A DNA stretch of 64,000 bases from Octopus sinensis (lineage: Eukaryota), in assembly GCF_006345805.1 (NCBI RefSeq), contig NC_043012.1, forward strand, positions 3,844,001 to 3,908,000, in the 5' to 3' direction. The notes beneath the pieces were generated by a model. That model did no database searches and was not told where the DNA came from. It saw only the letters and a list, made by a program, of their open reading frames with translations. A program made the translations under genes and the position numbers. Positions 26,685 to 39,269 of this stretch are shown here, one piece after another; the first letter of the stretch is position 1; every line of letters starts with the position of its first letter.

Positions 26685-26962
26685 TTTCGCTCGTTCAGTC
26701 ATTAGACTGCAGCCATGCTGGGGTACTGCCATGAAAAGTTACAGGGATGTAAACAAACCAACACTGGTTGTCAAGCAGTGTAGTGGGGGGCAAACAGGCA
26801 GGCACACACACGAGAGGCTTCTCTCAGATTCTGTCTACCAAATCCACCCACAAAGCTTTGGTCGGACCAAGGCTCTTGTAGAAGATATTTGCCTAAGGTG
26901 TCACAACAGTGGGACTGAACCCAGAACCATGTGGTTGGGAAGCAAACTTCTAACCACACAGT
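26685..26962 (-). mobile_element. SINE family A, diverged
   Basis: Same head and tail motifs in reverse. Confidence 0.8.
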
Positions 26963-27280
26963 CACAAGATTTTAGTGTTTTACTTTTTCAGTAAAAATTA
27001 TTGTAATAAATCACATATAAAAGTTTTAAAGAGAAATAAAAATTCCAGATTTTACTACATTGAAAAAAACTAAAACCATTTTTACAAAATACTGAAAGAA
27101 TATGGTTGTTACTTGAAATTCTTTATTTTAGCACAGAAATCGTAGATCAATAGATTTACCCATTTGTCTTATAAAAATTATGTTAAATATGGCCTGAGTT
27201 GATGTCAACTAAATTTGACCTAAATTGTCCCAGATAAAATCAGATAATTGACAGAAATATCTCGTAACCTTCGTACATAC

Positions 27281-27394
27281 CTAAATCTGGGTACAACTTG
27301 CCAGATGACTGAGAAGAGAGAATCTGGGGATATAGCTGTCTTGGTTCCCTGCCATAAAGCTATCAATGTTTTCCGCAGTTCTTCCACTAAAAGC
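27281..27394 (-). CDS. USP3: USP3-like exon, 114 nt
   Basis: ctgtccatttTAG / (V)LLVEELRKTLIALWQGTKTAISPDSLFSVIWQVVPRF(R) / GTATGT. Confidence 0.93.
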   Translation of the reverse strand, partial: AFSGRTAENIDSFMAGNQDSYIPRFSLLSHLASCTQI

Positions 27395-28016
27395 CTAAAA
27401 TGGACAGAATAAAAATAAAGACAAAATATGATAAATGAAGGAATAAATATGATCAGATTTCAGTCTGTTTGCTTTTTTCCTTAAAGATGAAACAAAACTT
27501 AATATTTACAGGAGCAATGTGTTTTGGTTGATTTAATCTGTGATTGTCATCAAGTGCTTTATTCTCAGATCTGTACATAAACCCAGGTTGGATTTGAACT
27601 AGGAACCTGTATTTTTGAACTATGTGTCACAACAGTCCTAACCACTTGGCTGGTTTTTCCCAAACCGAGTTTTCTGAAAAAATTCTGAAGGTCTGTGAGT
27701 TAAGGAGTCATAGCAATAATTATTAAAATATTTATATGTGCATGTGTATGTGTGTGTTTATTTATTTCCATTTTATTTCACTAGCTGTGTATAAAAGTAA
27801 AATATAAAAAAGTGCATTAAAAAAAAAAAGGTATAGTATACTATTTACAAAGAAGACAATAAAAAGTTCTTAGGAATGGAATGAAGTTGTTCATTACTGA
27901 GAATGCACTATTCAGGCTCGTGAGGCCATCAAGAAATATATTAGTAAAATAAAACTATTGTTCTTTCCATGACAGCCTGTAAGAAGAGCACTTTATATAA
28001 AGTCATTTTTTAATTT

Positions 28017-28690
28017 TGGCGCAGGTATGGTCATGTGTTGTGAATGAATGAGGACAACTGTGTGAAAAAGGAAACCTGCGGAAGAGGTAGACCCAGGAAG
28101 TCCTGGGATGAGGTGGTGAAGCACAACCTTCAAACATTGGGCCTCACCGAGGCAATGACAAGTAACTGAGACCTTTGGAGATATACTGTGCTTGAGAAGA
28201 CCTGGCAAACCAAGTGAGACCATAACCGTGACCTGTGCCAGTGTTGTATAACCAGCCCATTTAAGAGTACCCTTCAATCACTGGACAATAAACTATGCTT
28301 GCGAAGACCTGCTGAGGCAAGTGAAATTGCTGTTGTGGCTGATGACTACCGCCTGATTGGCACCCATGTCAGTGGAACGTTAGAAGCACCAGGCTCCAAT
28401 CTGATCTGGCAATGTTTCAATAGCTGGATGCCCTTCCTAACGCCAACCACTCCGAGAGTGTAGTGGGTGCTTTTACGTGCCAGTGGCACAAGGGTCAGTC
28501 AGGTAGTACTGGCAACAACCACGCTCAAAAGGCGTTCTTTACGTGTCACTGGCACATGTGCCAGTAAGGTGACACTGGCAACAATCACGCTCAAATGGTG
28601 CTTTTTATGTGCCACCGGCACGGGAGCCAGTCAGTGGACCTGGCAACGATCACGCTCAGATGGTGCTATTAACGTTCCACTGGCACGAGC
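28017..28690 (+). mobile_element. RTE-clade LINE 3' end (ORF C-terminus and 3' UTR) with adjacent related fragments
   Basis: WRRYGHVL*MNEDNCVKK...GRGRPRKSWDEVVKHNLQTLGLTEAMTSN*DLWRYTVLEKT. Confidence 0.8.
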
Positions 28691-29311
28691 TACAATACAA
28701 TGATATAATGAGCTCCTTTTGAGGTCAAGTGGCAGAAATGTCAGAACTTAAGACTAGATACTTTACAAATATTTAAATTCACCCTATAGGGTCCCAAGTT
28801 CAAATCCAATAAGGGTTTATTTCATCTTCAAGCAACACAAGAATCCCAGAAGGAAGCAACAAAAACAGAAACAGAGAATGAATAACTTATTCTTTTTCTA
28901 ACTGGTTTCAGTCAAACTGTGACCAAACTGGGGCAATTTAGTTAATTTTACCAATCCTAATGATTATTTTAGTATTTGTTACTCATTTTATTGTCCTTAG
29001 AATAATGAAAATAGATGTAGGTGGAATTTCAACTCACTTCATAAAAAAAAATGTAACCAATACTTATAAAGTATTATAATTTATAACATATCAAAAAAAT
29101 AGTATCAGTCATGCACTGAGATTGATTAAGGCAATAAACATTTATGACCTTGTGTCAAGGTTAGAAAGCATTATTAATAAGCTTAGAGTTGGTCTGAGTC
29201 AACAGTTAATGAACATAAACAGGAGCATAAACAAACAAGAATAAAGATAAGAACCAGCTGTTCTGCCCGTATTTCACACACAGAATAAACAAGAAGTCAA
29301 CTTATACTTAC

Positions 29312-29422
29312 ACATCTTCCCCATTTTTTGTTCGTTTAGCATAATGACATTTCCTCATTTTGTATACTTGATCTTCCAAAGAAGGTAAACGTTTAATGTA
29401 ACCACAAAATTCCTCTATATTG
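29312..29422 (-). CDS. USP3: USP3-like exon, 111 nt
   Basis: tttgtctcttgCAG / (S)NIEEFCGYIKRLPSLEDQVYKMRKCHYAKRTKNGED(V) / GTAAGT. Confidence 0.91.
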
Positions 29423-29504
29423 CTGCAAGAGACAAACCACAAAACTGTTCAGAAATAAATAGAACCCCGTTTGCAATTCATACATTCTTCCTTTTTTCTT
29501 TTGT

Positions 29505-29972
<468 letters not shown>

Positions 29973-30829
29973 TGATATGAATGCATATTTTCTCATCAAA
30001 TTTTAATCATCTCTATATTCCCCTAAAACCTGGTTAAAGGTTAGTTTTAATTATTGATTCTCAACAAACACTGATATAATTAAGACATATTGGCTATGTT
30101 TACCTCGGTCTATTGAACTAAAATTTAACCGCTACTATTTTATCTTTAAAATGAAATCCCAACAAAATGCAAGCAAATATTTTATTGATCATAAATCTTT
30201 AAAAATCCAGACAGCAAAGAAGGTAAATTTAATTAAAGCACCTTTTAATTTACAACTATTTTATTTAATTCCCAAAATCATAAAATCAAATTTTTGTTTA
30301 GTAAAAATATTTTAAACTATTTTTATAAATTGCAATAAATTCTAATCCAATAAGAAGACATAATTAGGACTACTCCAAACCAATTTTGGAGAATATAACA
30401 TCTGGAGAGAAGACGATGGTTTGGCAATCAAAGAATTGTGAATTTAACTTTGGTATATTATAGCTGCAGGCATGGCTGTGTGGTTAGGAAGTTTGCTTCC
30501 CAACCATGTGGTTCTGTGTTCAGTTCCATTAAGTGCACCATGAGCAAGTGTCTTTTACAATAGTCCAAGGATGAGTGAATTTGGTAGGTGGTAACTGAAA
30601 GGTGTTCGTAGTAAGCGTGCATGTATATGCATGTGCCCATGCACACAAATCTGTGTACACTTGTCATGACATCATATGATGGTTGTAAGCAAGCATCATC
30701 ATTATCATCATACAAGCGATGTAGATTTTCTCCATCTTTTGTGAAAAACTTGTCTGGCCATGTGAAAATATTAGTTCCAAATTTTAGCACAAAACCAGAA
30801 GTTTTCGAGAAAGTTGAGAGAGGTCCTGC

Positions 30830-31297
30830 GTAGACATAGCATGCAACAGAAGACCATATATCTTCCAACAAGACTCTGCTCTATCTCATAAGGCTAAGAC
30901 AACCCAAGCATGGATGTGTGCCATTCTCCATGATCATGTTCTCCCAGACACATGATCTCTTAGCCCACCAGACCTCAATCCACTGGACAATTATTTATGG
31001 GAAGTAGTCAAGAGAAAAGCCATGCAAAACCTCCATAACACCATACAATCCCTCAAGTGGTCCATAACCAACACTATGTCCAAAATAGATAATGATCATC
31101 TGATTCGGACATATCAGTGCTTCCAACCACATATTGAAGGAGTCATTGATGTGAATAGCAGGTTCATTGAATAGATTCGATAAAAGGTTTCTTGAGATTA
31201 TTTGAACCAATTTGTTTTCAAATACACTTTTTCTTTGATGAGCTACGAATCTTTTCCTGAATTCATTCAAATGACCTGAAAACACTGACACACCCTG
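30830..31297 (+). mobile_element. Tc1/mariner (DD37D-like) transposase C-terminal remnant with right TIR
   Basis: RPYIFQQDSALSHKAKTTQAW, then PDLNPLDNYLWEVVKRKA...LKWSITNTM...IEGVIDVNSRFIE*; ends caccctg followed by TA (31298-99). Confidence 0.8.
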
Positions 31298-31586
31298 TAG
31301 GTATGTGTGCATGCGTGAGAAAATACATCTATACATCTACCATGTGAATATATATATATATATATACATATACATAAAGAGCTCACACTTAGAACACAAC
31401 ATAACAATAGGCTCTTACACAGCAAAGCCTCAAGAAACTATATTATGTCTGTGGGCTGATGTGGCAAGTGACAATGGGGTGCTTCAGTCAGGCTAATGAT
31501 ATAGAAGAAGGGAAAGGAAAGGAGATACATCTATAATAAAGAAACAACAAACATAACCAAACGATGATCAGAAAATATTTTTTTAC

Positions 31587-31669
31587 CTGAGTGACTGTAA
31601 AACTGCATTCATAAAACATGTGTTCCCCAAATTTCGAAGCCCAGATGATCTTGGATTGGCATCTTTGTC
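31587..31669 (-). CDS. USP3: USP3-like exon, 83 nt (catalytic Cys box)
   Basis: poly-T then cataataatAAG / DKDANPRSSGLRNLGNTCFMNAVLQSL(S) / GTaaaa. Confidence 0.92.
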
Positions 31670-32172
31670 CTTATTATTATGAAAAAAAAAAAAAATAAAT
31701 AAAATAAATAAATAAATAAAATTAAATTGAATTAAAATAAAAATAATAAATAAATTTAATGCAAATATAAATAACAAAAAAGATTTTGTCTGAGTGTTGA
31801 GTCAGAGGTTAATTTTTGGTAAAATCAGTTGCTGAGAAAATATGTCAAGGGAACAATCCTTGTTGCACTTCCTCTAGATGCATAACTTAAATAAACTTAT
31901 TTGATAAATGGACACCATTTAGGTGTTGCTTTCTAATTTCAAATACATCAAGACTGAATCATCAACACACCTCACACACACACACGTGCGTGGAGTGTGT
32001 GTGTGCGTATTATATACTGCCTTGAGGAAATGCCTTGTATTGTAGCTAGGGACTGACCAATACCTTGTGAGCAAATCAGACAGAGAGAAACTATATAATA
32101 CCTATTACATATCCCCCCACTCCTCACCTGCAGACTCAGCAAGTACAAAATAAAGAAGAAAAGGAAGAAAAA

Positions 32173-32530
32173 AGGTATGGCTGTGTGATAAGAAGTTTGT
32201 TTCCTAACCATATAATCCTGGATTCAATTCTGCAGTGTGGTACATTAGGCAAGTCTCTTCCACTATAGCCTTAGTCTATAGTGGAAGAGATGAGTAGATT
32301 TGGTAAGTGGAAACTGAAAGAAGTGTGTGTGTGTGTGTGTGTGTGTGACCTCTGCTTGACAATCGGTGTTGGTGTGTTCACGTCCCAATGACTTAACAGT
32401 TTGACAAAGGGACCAATAGTATAAGTATCAGGCTTGAAAAAAAAAAAGTACTGGTGTCAATTCAATCAACTAAAACTTTGTCATGGCAGTGCCCCAGCAT
32501 GGCCACAGTCTAATGACTGACACAAGGAAA
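32173..32530 (+). mobile_element. SINE family A, diverged
   Basis: Head ggctgtgtgataagaagtttg, central (GT)n, tail cagcatggccacagtctaatgactga. Confidence 0.8.
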
Positions 32531-33657
32531 AAATACAGGATCAAAGATAGTATGCATTACAGTAATATAAACCAACCCCAGTAGTTGACTGGTATTTTAT
32601 GTTACAACCCTGGAAGGATGAAAGCTAAAGCTGATATCAACCAGATTTGAACTCAGAATGGCTGTAACTGAATATAGCAAGTTATTTTGTCCAATGCTCT
32701 AAAAATAATGAAATTTGTTGAATTTTCATTAGAAAAGTACAAAAAAGAGTTCAAAGTACTGGCAAGAGAGTACCAGCTGAAAAATTTCATGACACTCAGT
32801 GCTGTTTGCTTCTGTTTGAATGGAAGGAGTACAACGTACTTTAATCTAAACCAGAATTCTATTACAATTATTATCAGCCAAGCAGTGTGACTTGGCATAT
32901 ATTGTACCAGAGCTACGAATTAAGGTTGCTGATGCATGCACAAGACAATTCCCTGACTAATACAATAATACTGCAACTGTCTGCTGTGTATTTACATTGC
33001 TGGCAGCTGGAAAAGTGTTGAGGTACAAGTTGAAGGAAACTGATGTCAAAATCATGAACTACAATATTTCACTTCAATATCTACAAACAAGCACCACAAT
33101 ACTGTTGTTATTAGATATACTTGTACATACACAATTATATTGTACACACACACAAAGTATACTTTTTTTTTTTATTCGGTCGTTGGATAGTGGTAGTGCT
33201 GGTACACTGCTTTCAAGTGTTTAGCCATTCATATTGTCTATCCTGCCATTAATTTCAGGCTGGCACTTATTTCATTGAGCACAGCTTGTTAAAACCACTA
33301 AATTAGGTAACATAAAAAGACACAACACATACAGGGTGGGCTTCTGCACAGTTTCCATCAGCAAAATTCAACACAAAAAGTATGGACCAACCTAAAGCTA
33401 CAGTAGAAGGCAATAAGACTGAACATGAAACCAGATGGTTGCACGTCAATCCACTCAACCACATGGTTATATCTGCACTTATATAAACTTTATAATTACA
33501 TAAATATAGTCCGTACAGTGATTATTAGTGTGTGCAAAAGAGGCAACAGGTGTATATCTTATGCCATCTAGCTATATATATATATAATTTTTTTTAACAC
33601 ATACAAAGGCATAAATTAGTACAAATGGACGGGGACTGTGCCAAATATGAAATTATG

Positions 33658-33720
<63 letters not shown>

Positions 33721-33794
33721 AGTCCCGGGTTGAGTCGGGGTTAACCACAGTGAATAAGGTACTCAATACATTGCAGAGTAAATTAATTTATTTT

Positions 33795-33922
33795 TTTATT
33801 TTATAGAAGGAGCTTCTACAGGACTAGAACTGTTTCATTCAAATGAAATCATCAGGAAGCCCTGATGATTTCATTTGAATGAAACAGTTCTAGTCCTGTA
33901 GAAGCTCCTTCTATAAAATAAA
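33795..33922. repeat. Perfect inverted repeat with 62-bp arms and a 4-nt loop; each arm carries a degenerate hammerhead-like core
   Basis: 33795-33856 is the exact reverse complement of 33861-33922 (checked by eye); loop AAGC; CTGATGA-TTTCATTTGAAT-GAAAC in each arm. Confidence 0.9.
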
Positions 33923-34803
33923 TATATATATATATATTTTTACTTGTTTCCATCATTTGACTGTAGCCATGCTGGAGCACCACCTTCTGAAAAAAGGTTT
34001 TTGTGTTTTTCATCCAAAACAGAGATGAACACCATTCCTCCATGTGATCAGCTTAAAAAATTGTTAAGTTATTAGGATATTTTTCTTAACATGAAACTAA
34101 TGGTAGCCTTAATACACAAATAGAGAAGTTTTATCCACCAATGCAGTGTTGGGCACATTCTCACTGTTTGTCGTTTGTGTGTGTGCGCGTACACACACAC
34201 ACATACTTACAGAGGGGAGAGAAAGAGTGAGAAAGAAAAAGAGAGCGAGAGAGACAGACAGAACATAGAAAATGTAGTCAGTATTAATGCGTTATATGAT
34301 TTACATGTGTTTCATGAGATTGGCAGGCATCAATTATGTGAACACAAAACCCAATTACATGAACAAGTGTTACAAGACCCACTCCAACATAATGTGGCAA
34401 AAATACAAAACACAAAGTACCCACACACACACATTAAAAGAAAGAAAGAAAAAAAGAAGAATACTGAAACATGTCATGAAATATATAATACTGCCCACAA
34501 AATATGAGAGATTTTTGAATTTGAATTCATTCAATCTTGTAACAACTGTCTACTGATGTAGCCGGTTTGGCCTTTATTTATTTATTTATGGCAAAAATCG
34601 ATTGAATCAACAGTAATGTGTGACTGACATTTTATTTGACTTGATCCCAGAGGGATTTAACGCCAGGCTATAAAGTGACATCCTAAACTAAATCTAGCAA
34701 GGCACATTGCTAATAATCCCAGCCCTATCCTCTACCTATCAACCACCGCCACTGGCATGGTTGCTATTCTTGTCTTCAATAGAGAAAGAAGTAGAGGACT
34801 CAC

Positions 34804-34888
34804 CAATTTCATTTTTTTCCTTTTGTTATTTTCAACTGAATCTGTTTGAGAAATTCTTTTAGATTTGTCTCTCAGCCGGCTCTGTGGA
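34804..34888 (-). CDS. USP3: USP3-like exon, 85 nt (basic linker)
   Basis: ttttcctacccatgCAG / (S)PQSRLRDKSKRISQTDSVENNKRKKMKL / GTGAGT; phases 2 to 0 fit both neighbours. Confidence 0.85.
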
Positions 34889-35073
34889 CTGCATGGGTAG
34901 GAAAAAAAGAAATAACTATCACATGTATATTACATGCACACACACACACACACATGTGTACGTTTCAGAACATCTTTAAATATGTAGAATATCACAATGG
35001 TAATGTGAACATAAAGCACTGATCTTTAACATTTTTGCATATTAAATGTAAGAATGATCACATCAATATTATG

Positions 35074-35142
<69 letters not shown>

Positions 35143-35251
35143 TATAGTTAGTTAATCCAAATATGAAAACACAAGAGAAAACACAACGCAAGGACGTGGA
35201 ACAAATATAGTGTTATTGGACGCTCAGGAAAGGAAAGAAAGAAGGAGGATT

Positions 35252-35282
35252 TAATGTTTCAAGCGGAGCTCTTTGTCAGAAA
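35252..35282 (-). ncRNA. Degenerate minimal hammerhead core within a short Penelope-like element (about 35150-35350)
   Basis: TTT CTGACAA AGAGC TCC GCTT GAA ACAT T AAA: G8 mutated to A, stem III palindrome broken. Confidence 0.5.
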
Positions 35283-35779
35283 CATAGAAAAAGGAAAGGT
35301 CCAAGGAAGGGAAGACGGAGAAAGAAAATCACCAACGATACACATGCGATCACATATTGAATACATACATACACACACATACATCCATATATATATATAT
35401 ATGTATGTATATGGTTCTGAATTTTAGTAGAAAGCCAGCAGTTTTTAAAGGAAAGGGGTTAGTTGATTACATCACTACCAGTGCTCCACAGGTATTTATT
35501 TTATTGACTTTGAAAGGATGGAGGGCAAAGCCAACCTTGGTGGAACTGGAACTCAGAACATGAAGATGGACAAAATGTTGCTAAACATTTTCCCCCACTG
35601 TGCTACCAATCTTGCCAGCCTGCCCCCTTATATCAATATCAATACACCCACACAAGATATGTTCATATACAGCAGCAGTAGCACCATCACTGTCATCATC
35701 TCCATCATTAAAATCATGGCCAGTTCAGACTCTCAGCAGAACATAGGCTTTCCACAACCTCTTCACATTTGTTTTCCTT

Positions 35780-36770
35780 TTCACTTAGTTTCATGAAATC
35801 TTTGGTTACTTCTAATACCTCTCTCAATCTCTGCTAGGTGATCCTTGGGTGTCTTCCTTTTCCCTTCTGGGTTCCGTTCCAAGGCTTGTCTTGCTAAACA
35901 CCTGTCCGATCTTCTTAGAGCCTACCTGTCTCCACTTGCACCAATGGGTCCCAACTTGACTTTGGTCAGGAAATCTTTGTTGCTTACAATTTCTGGATAA
36001 CTAATGCTTAGAATGTTTCTGAGGCATTTTACTGTGAATGTTTGGGGCTTTTTGAGGGCATGTGTGTGTGTGCTCATTCACCATCTTGACACTTTACAGC
36101 TTAACAGAATTGATATATTTATTTAAAATTCTCATTTTATCAAGTCTCACTTCAATGCCCATCTCTGTACTTCCAGTTGTGGACATCATGCTTTAAGATT
36201 GTCACTTTTAATTTTCATGATCTCTGTCTTTCCAACGTAAACTTGTAGTACAATTTTCACTGCATGTCCTAAAACATTTTGGTATATCAGACAAGTGCCA
36301 TCCAGAAAGTCTAGATACTGTAGCATCTGTTCTTGTAAAAACCATGTGCCTATTCTTTTGGCCTGTGTAGTTTTACACATCTAGTTAATCACCATCAAGA
36401 AGAACATTGGGTTACAGACAACCCTGCTTCACTCCTGTTTCAACAATCTCCTTTTGTGTGTCACTTGACAGCAAGAATCTTAGTTACAGCTGTTGAATGA
36501 TACGGATGAGCATGCTGATGGGAGGGTATTCTGTAATGACAGTGTAGATACTGAATCACTACTGGAAGCTTTTACAAAGCTGATGAAACTGAGGGGAACC
36601 TACAGATCCTGCATCTGATCAATGATGATGAAGTGTAAGGATCTGGTCAATGCAGGACTTAAGATTTTCAAAATCCAGCTTACTCTGCTCTTATATCTTC
36701 CATGTTCATGAATATCTCAAGAACAGTATTTTGGGTAACTTGCTGAATGACACACATGTCACTGCCACCA
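35780..36770 (-). mobile_element. Decayed RTE-clade LINE reverse-transcriptase fragment
   Basis: Minus-strand VETGVKQGCL at about 36440-36410 and ARQALEWNPEGKRK at about 35895-35855; many stops and frameshifts. Confidence 0.75.
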
Positions 36771-36837
36771 CCACAAGTTTTATGTCCATATTTTTTTTAA
36801 TGCTGGCACAAGTCGAATAAGGCTTCTTGAGGCAGTA

Positions 36838-37069
36838 CAGTAATCCTTCGCCATATCGTGGTTCACCTATCACAGTTTATTACTTAAGCTTACGTTGATT
36901 CCTCTGTAGTGTTGTTTTGCATTTATAATAAAATAAATATATACAAATCATAAAAATAATTTTTAAAAATATACAGTACAGTACTGTTTCTACATTGCAG
37001 ATTTTCCCTTATTGTGTGTGTGTGTGTGGGATTTGGAACGTAACACCCGCGATAGTCGAGGGGTTTCTG
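36838..37069. mobile_element. Tigger/pogo-like MITE
   Basis: TA-cagtaatccttcgccatatcgtgg ... cccgcgatagtcgaggggtttctg-TA. Confidence 0.75.
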
Positions 37070-37403
37070 TACTTTATAATTGGATGTCCTTCTTGACACC
37101 AACTGTTGAACTGTTGAATAACGTTGAACATTGTTAAGAAGGACACCAAGTGTCACAACTGCCCAACTAGTACAAATATGAAGACACACACACTCACATT
37201 ACAGAAATATAATGTTTGTCCTTCCAGGGGAGCAAGGAAAGTATGCAGAGATTTAAGTGTAAACATGGCAGAAAAATGAAGGAGGATGAGGGAAAAACAT
37301 TCCAAGATGATGGAGAGAGAGTCTTGCTTCTTTTATTTTATCATCATTTTATTTTTGGTTTTCACTGGATTAAGCAACAGGAAGACAAAAAAAATATAAA
37401 TAC

Positions 37404-37487
37404 CTGTTCAGTGACTGAAGATGTTTTCGGAGTTTTTCAAGATGTCCTCCTTTGGTATCATTGACCACAAATTCATCACAGACGTAA
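37404..37487 (-). CDS. USP3: USP3-like exon, 84 nt (C-terminal end of zf-UBP domain); most 5' exon recognised
   Basis: ttcgttctttTAG / (x)YVCDEFVVNDTKGGHLEKLRKHLQSLN(S) / GTattt; matches remembered vertebrate USP3 YRCDDFVVNDTKLG. Confidence 0.9.
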
Positions 37488-37570
37488 CTAAAAGAACGAA
37501 AAAAACAAGAGAAATGTATTTCAGTGGTAATCAATAAAAGAAATATTTCCACAAGATCTGAAAGAAAGAA

Positions 37571-37611
<41 letters not shown>

Positions 37612-37639
37612 AGAATAAAGAATGGGGAAAAACAGAAAC

Positions 37640-37935
37640 ATTTTAAATGGATTGGCAGAGAAACAGCTGTATGGAGATCTCCTGCCTGTTTCTATCATTA
37701 TAAGGGAAAAGTGCTTATGCTTTGTGAGACATTGCTGGCAAGCTAAACGAAGACCTACTGCCACGGATGCCAAAGATGACTGTACTCAAGCAGGTCATCT
37801 GCACATGATATATGCACATCAACTCATCAGAGACACTAGATGCCTCCCCCAAAGACCTCCTTCAACTGATGCAGAATCGAGATGGATGGTGTGTGCAGGT
37901 TAAAAGTGTGCCGAGCAAGCTTGGCCAGATGATGA
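37640..37935 (+). mobile_element. RTE-like LINE 3' terminus with (GAT)n tail
   Basis: LYGDLLPVSIIIREKCLCFVRHCW and PKDLLQLMQNRDGWCVQVKSV in two frames. Confidence 0.7.
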
Positions 37936-38727
37936 TGGCAGAGTTTGTAGAACATCAGACAAAATTCATTTTTGTATTTAGTCAGATCCCTTGAGATTTC
38001 AACACCAAATAGCACCAGGATTAATTTTGCAGGATCAATGAAACAAGTACCAGTCATATGCTGAGGTTGAACAATAGCAGCAGCAGCCACCACCGCCACC
38101 ACCACCACCACCACCACCACCAATGAGTTGTTAATTCATAAACCAGTTTTGGTTTTACCTTATTAAACCCAAAATTGCTGCAGTTAATGGCCAGAAGTTC
38201 TTTTTCTTCACCAAATTAAACACAATAAAAATGCCTGAAAACTAATCTGGTCATAATAACTGATGAATAGTAGGCTTGAAATCTTGCCAGTTATTTGAGT
38301 TTAAATCCTCCAATACTTTATTGCACTCCATCTTTGAACACTTGCTGATTGTCTATAAATTTCAAGTGGAGCTCATCTTGTAGTAAAATAAACAAATGTA
38401 TATCTGGGTTGGTGCAACTACTACAACAAATATTCCAGTATAAAAGACAGATTCACACATCAATACAACTGCTACACCACGGATACACTATTTCTTTCTC
38501 TGTCTTTTCAACCACAACTGCAACAGCCTCTGCTCCTTTGAAATAGTAAATTATGTACTGACTCTGCCCAGGCCTAACCAATACACTGGCACCTCCTCAA
38601 CATCATCACTGTGTCTCACATAAGAAAGCAAGGAAGATTCTATAAGAGTTGCCTGGCTTGCTAGAAACAGCAACCAAATCTCCACCAAATCACATATACT
38701 GTCTCAATAAAGATGAATACATTAGAC

Positions 38728-39269
38728 CAGTCATTTTTAACCAGGGAGTGGAGGCACATGGCCTAGTGGTTAGAGCAGCGGACTCGCAGTCGAGGGATCA
38801 CGGGTTCAAATCTCAGACTGGGCGATGTGTGTGTTTATGAGCAAAAACACCTAAGCTCACGCGGCTCCAGCAGAAGGTAATGGCGAACTTCTGCTGACTC
38901 TTTCCCTCCTGCATCTTGCAGCTCACCTGCGACGGACCGGCGTCCCATCCAGGTGGGGAACCTATACGCCAAGAAACCAGGAAACCGGCCCTTATGAGCT
39001 AGGCATGGCTCGAGAAGGACAACAACAAACAACAACAACCAGGGACCATATGAACCAAAAATTTTGTTCTTAAAAATTCTGTGTGATGAATTAGTTATAC
39101 TTCAGCAAGACTCAAAGTTTTTCAACAATTTTTTTAATACAATTCCTAATAATATTTAATTATAAAAATACAAAAAGATTTTTTTAAATAGCAAATGGAT
39201 AAGAAAGGTCCAGTAGAGCAAAATAGAAACTAAAAGGGTCCATAGGTGAAAAATGGTTGAGAACCATTG
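38728..39269. mobile_element. hAT-like MITE containing a nested SINE (38748-39036)
   Basis: Perfect 8-bp TSD cattagac (38720-27 / 39270-77); nested SINE has TSD aaccaggga (38739-47 / 39037-45) and a (CAA)n tail. Confidence 0.9.

Noticed and set aside
38260-38385. CTGATGA...GAAA at about 38260 (+) and a CAAGA...GAAA motif at about 38360-38383 (-)
   Set aside because: Stem II and stem III pairings cannot be drawn convincingly; not counted as hammerheads.
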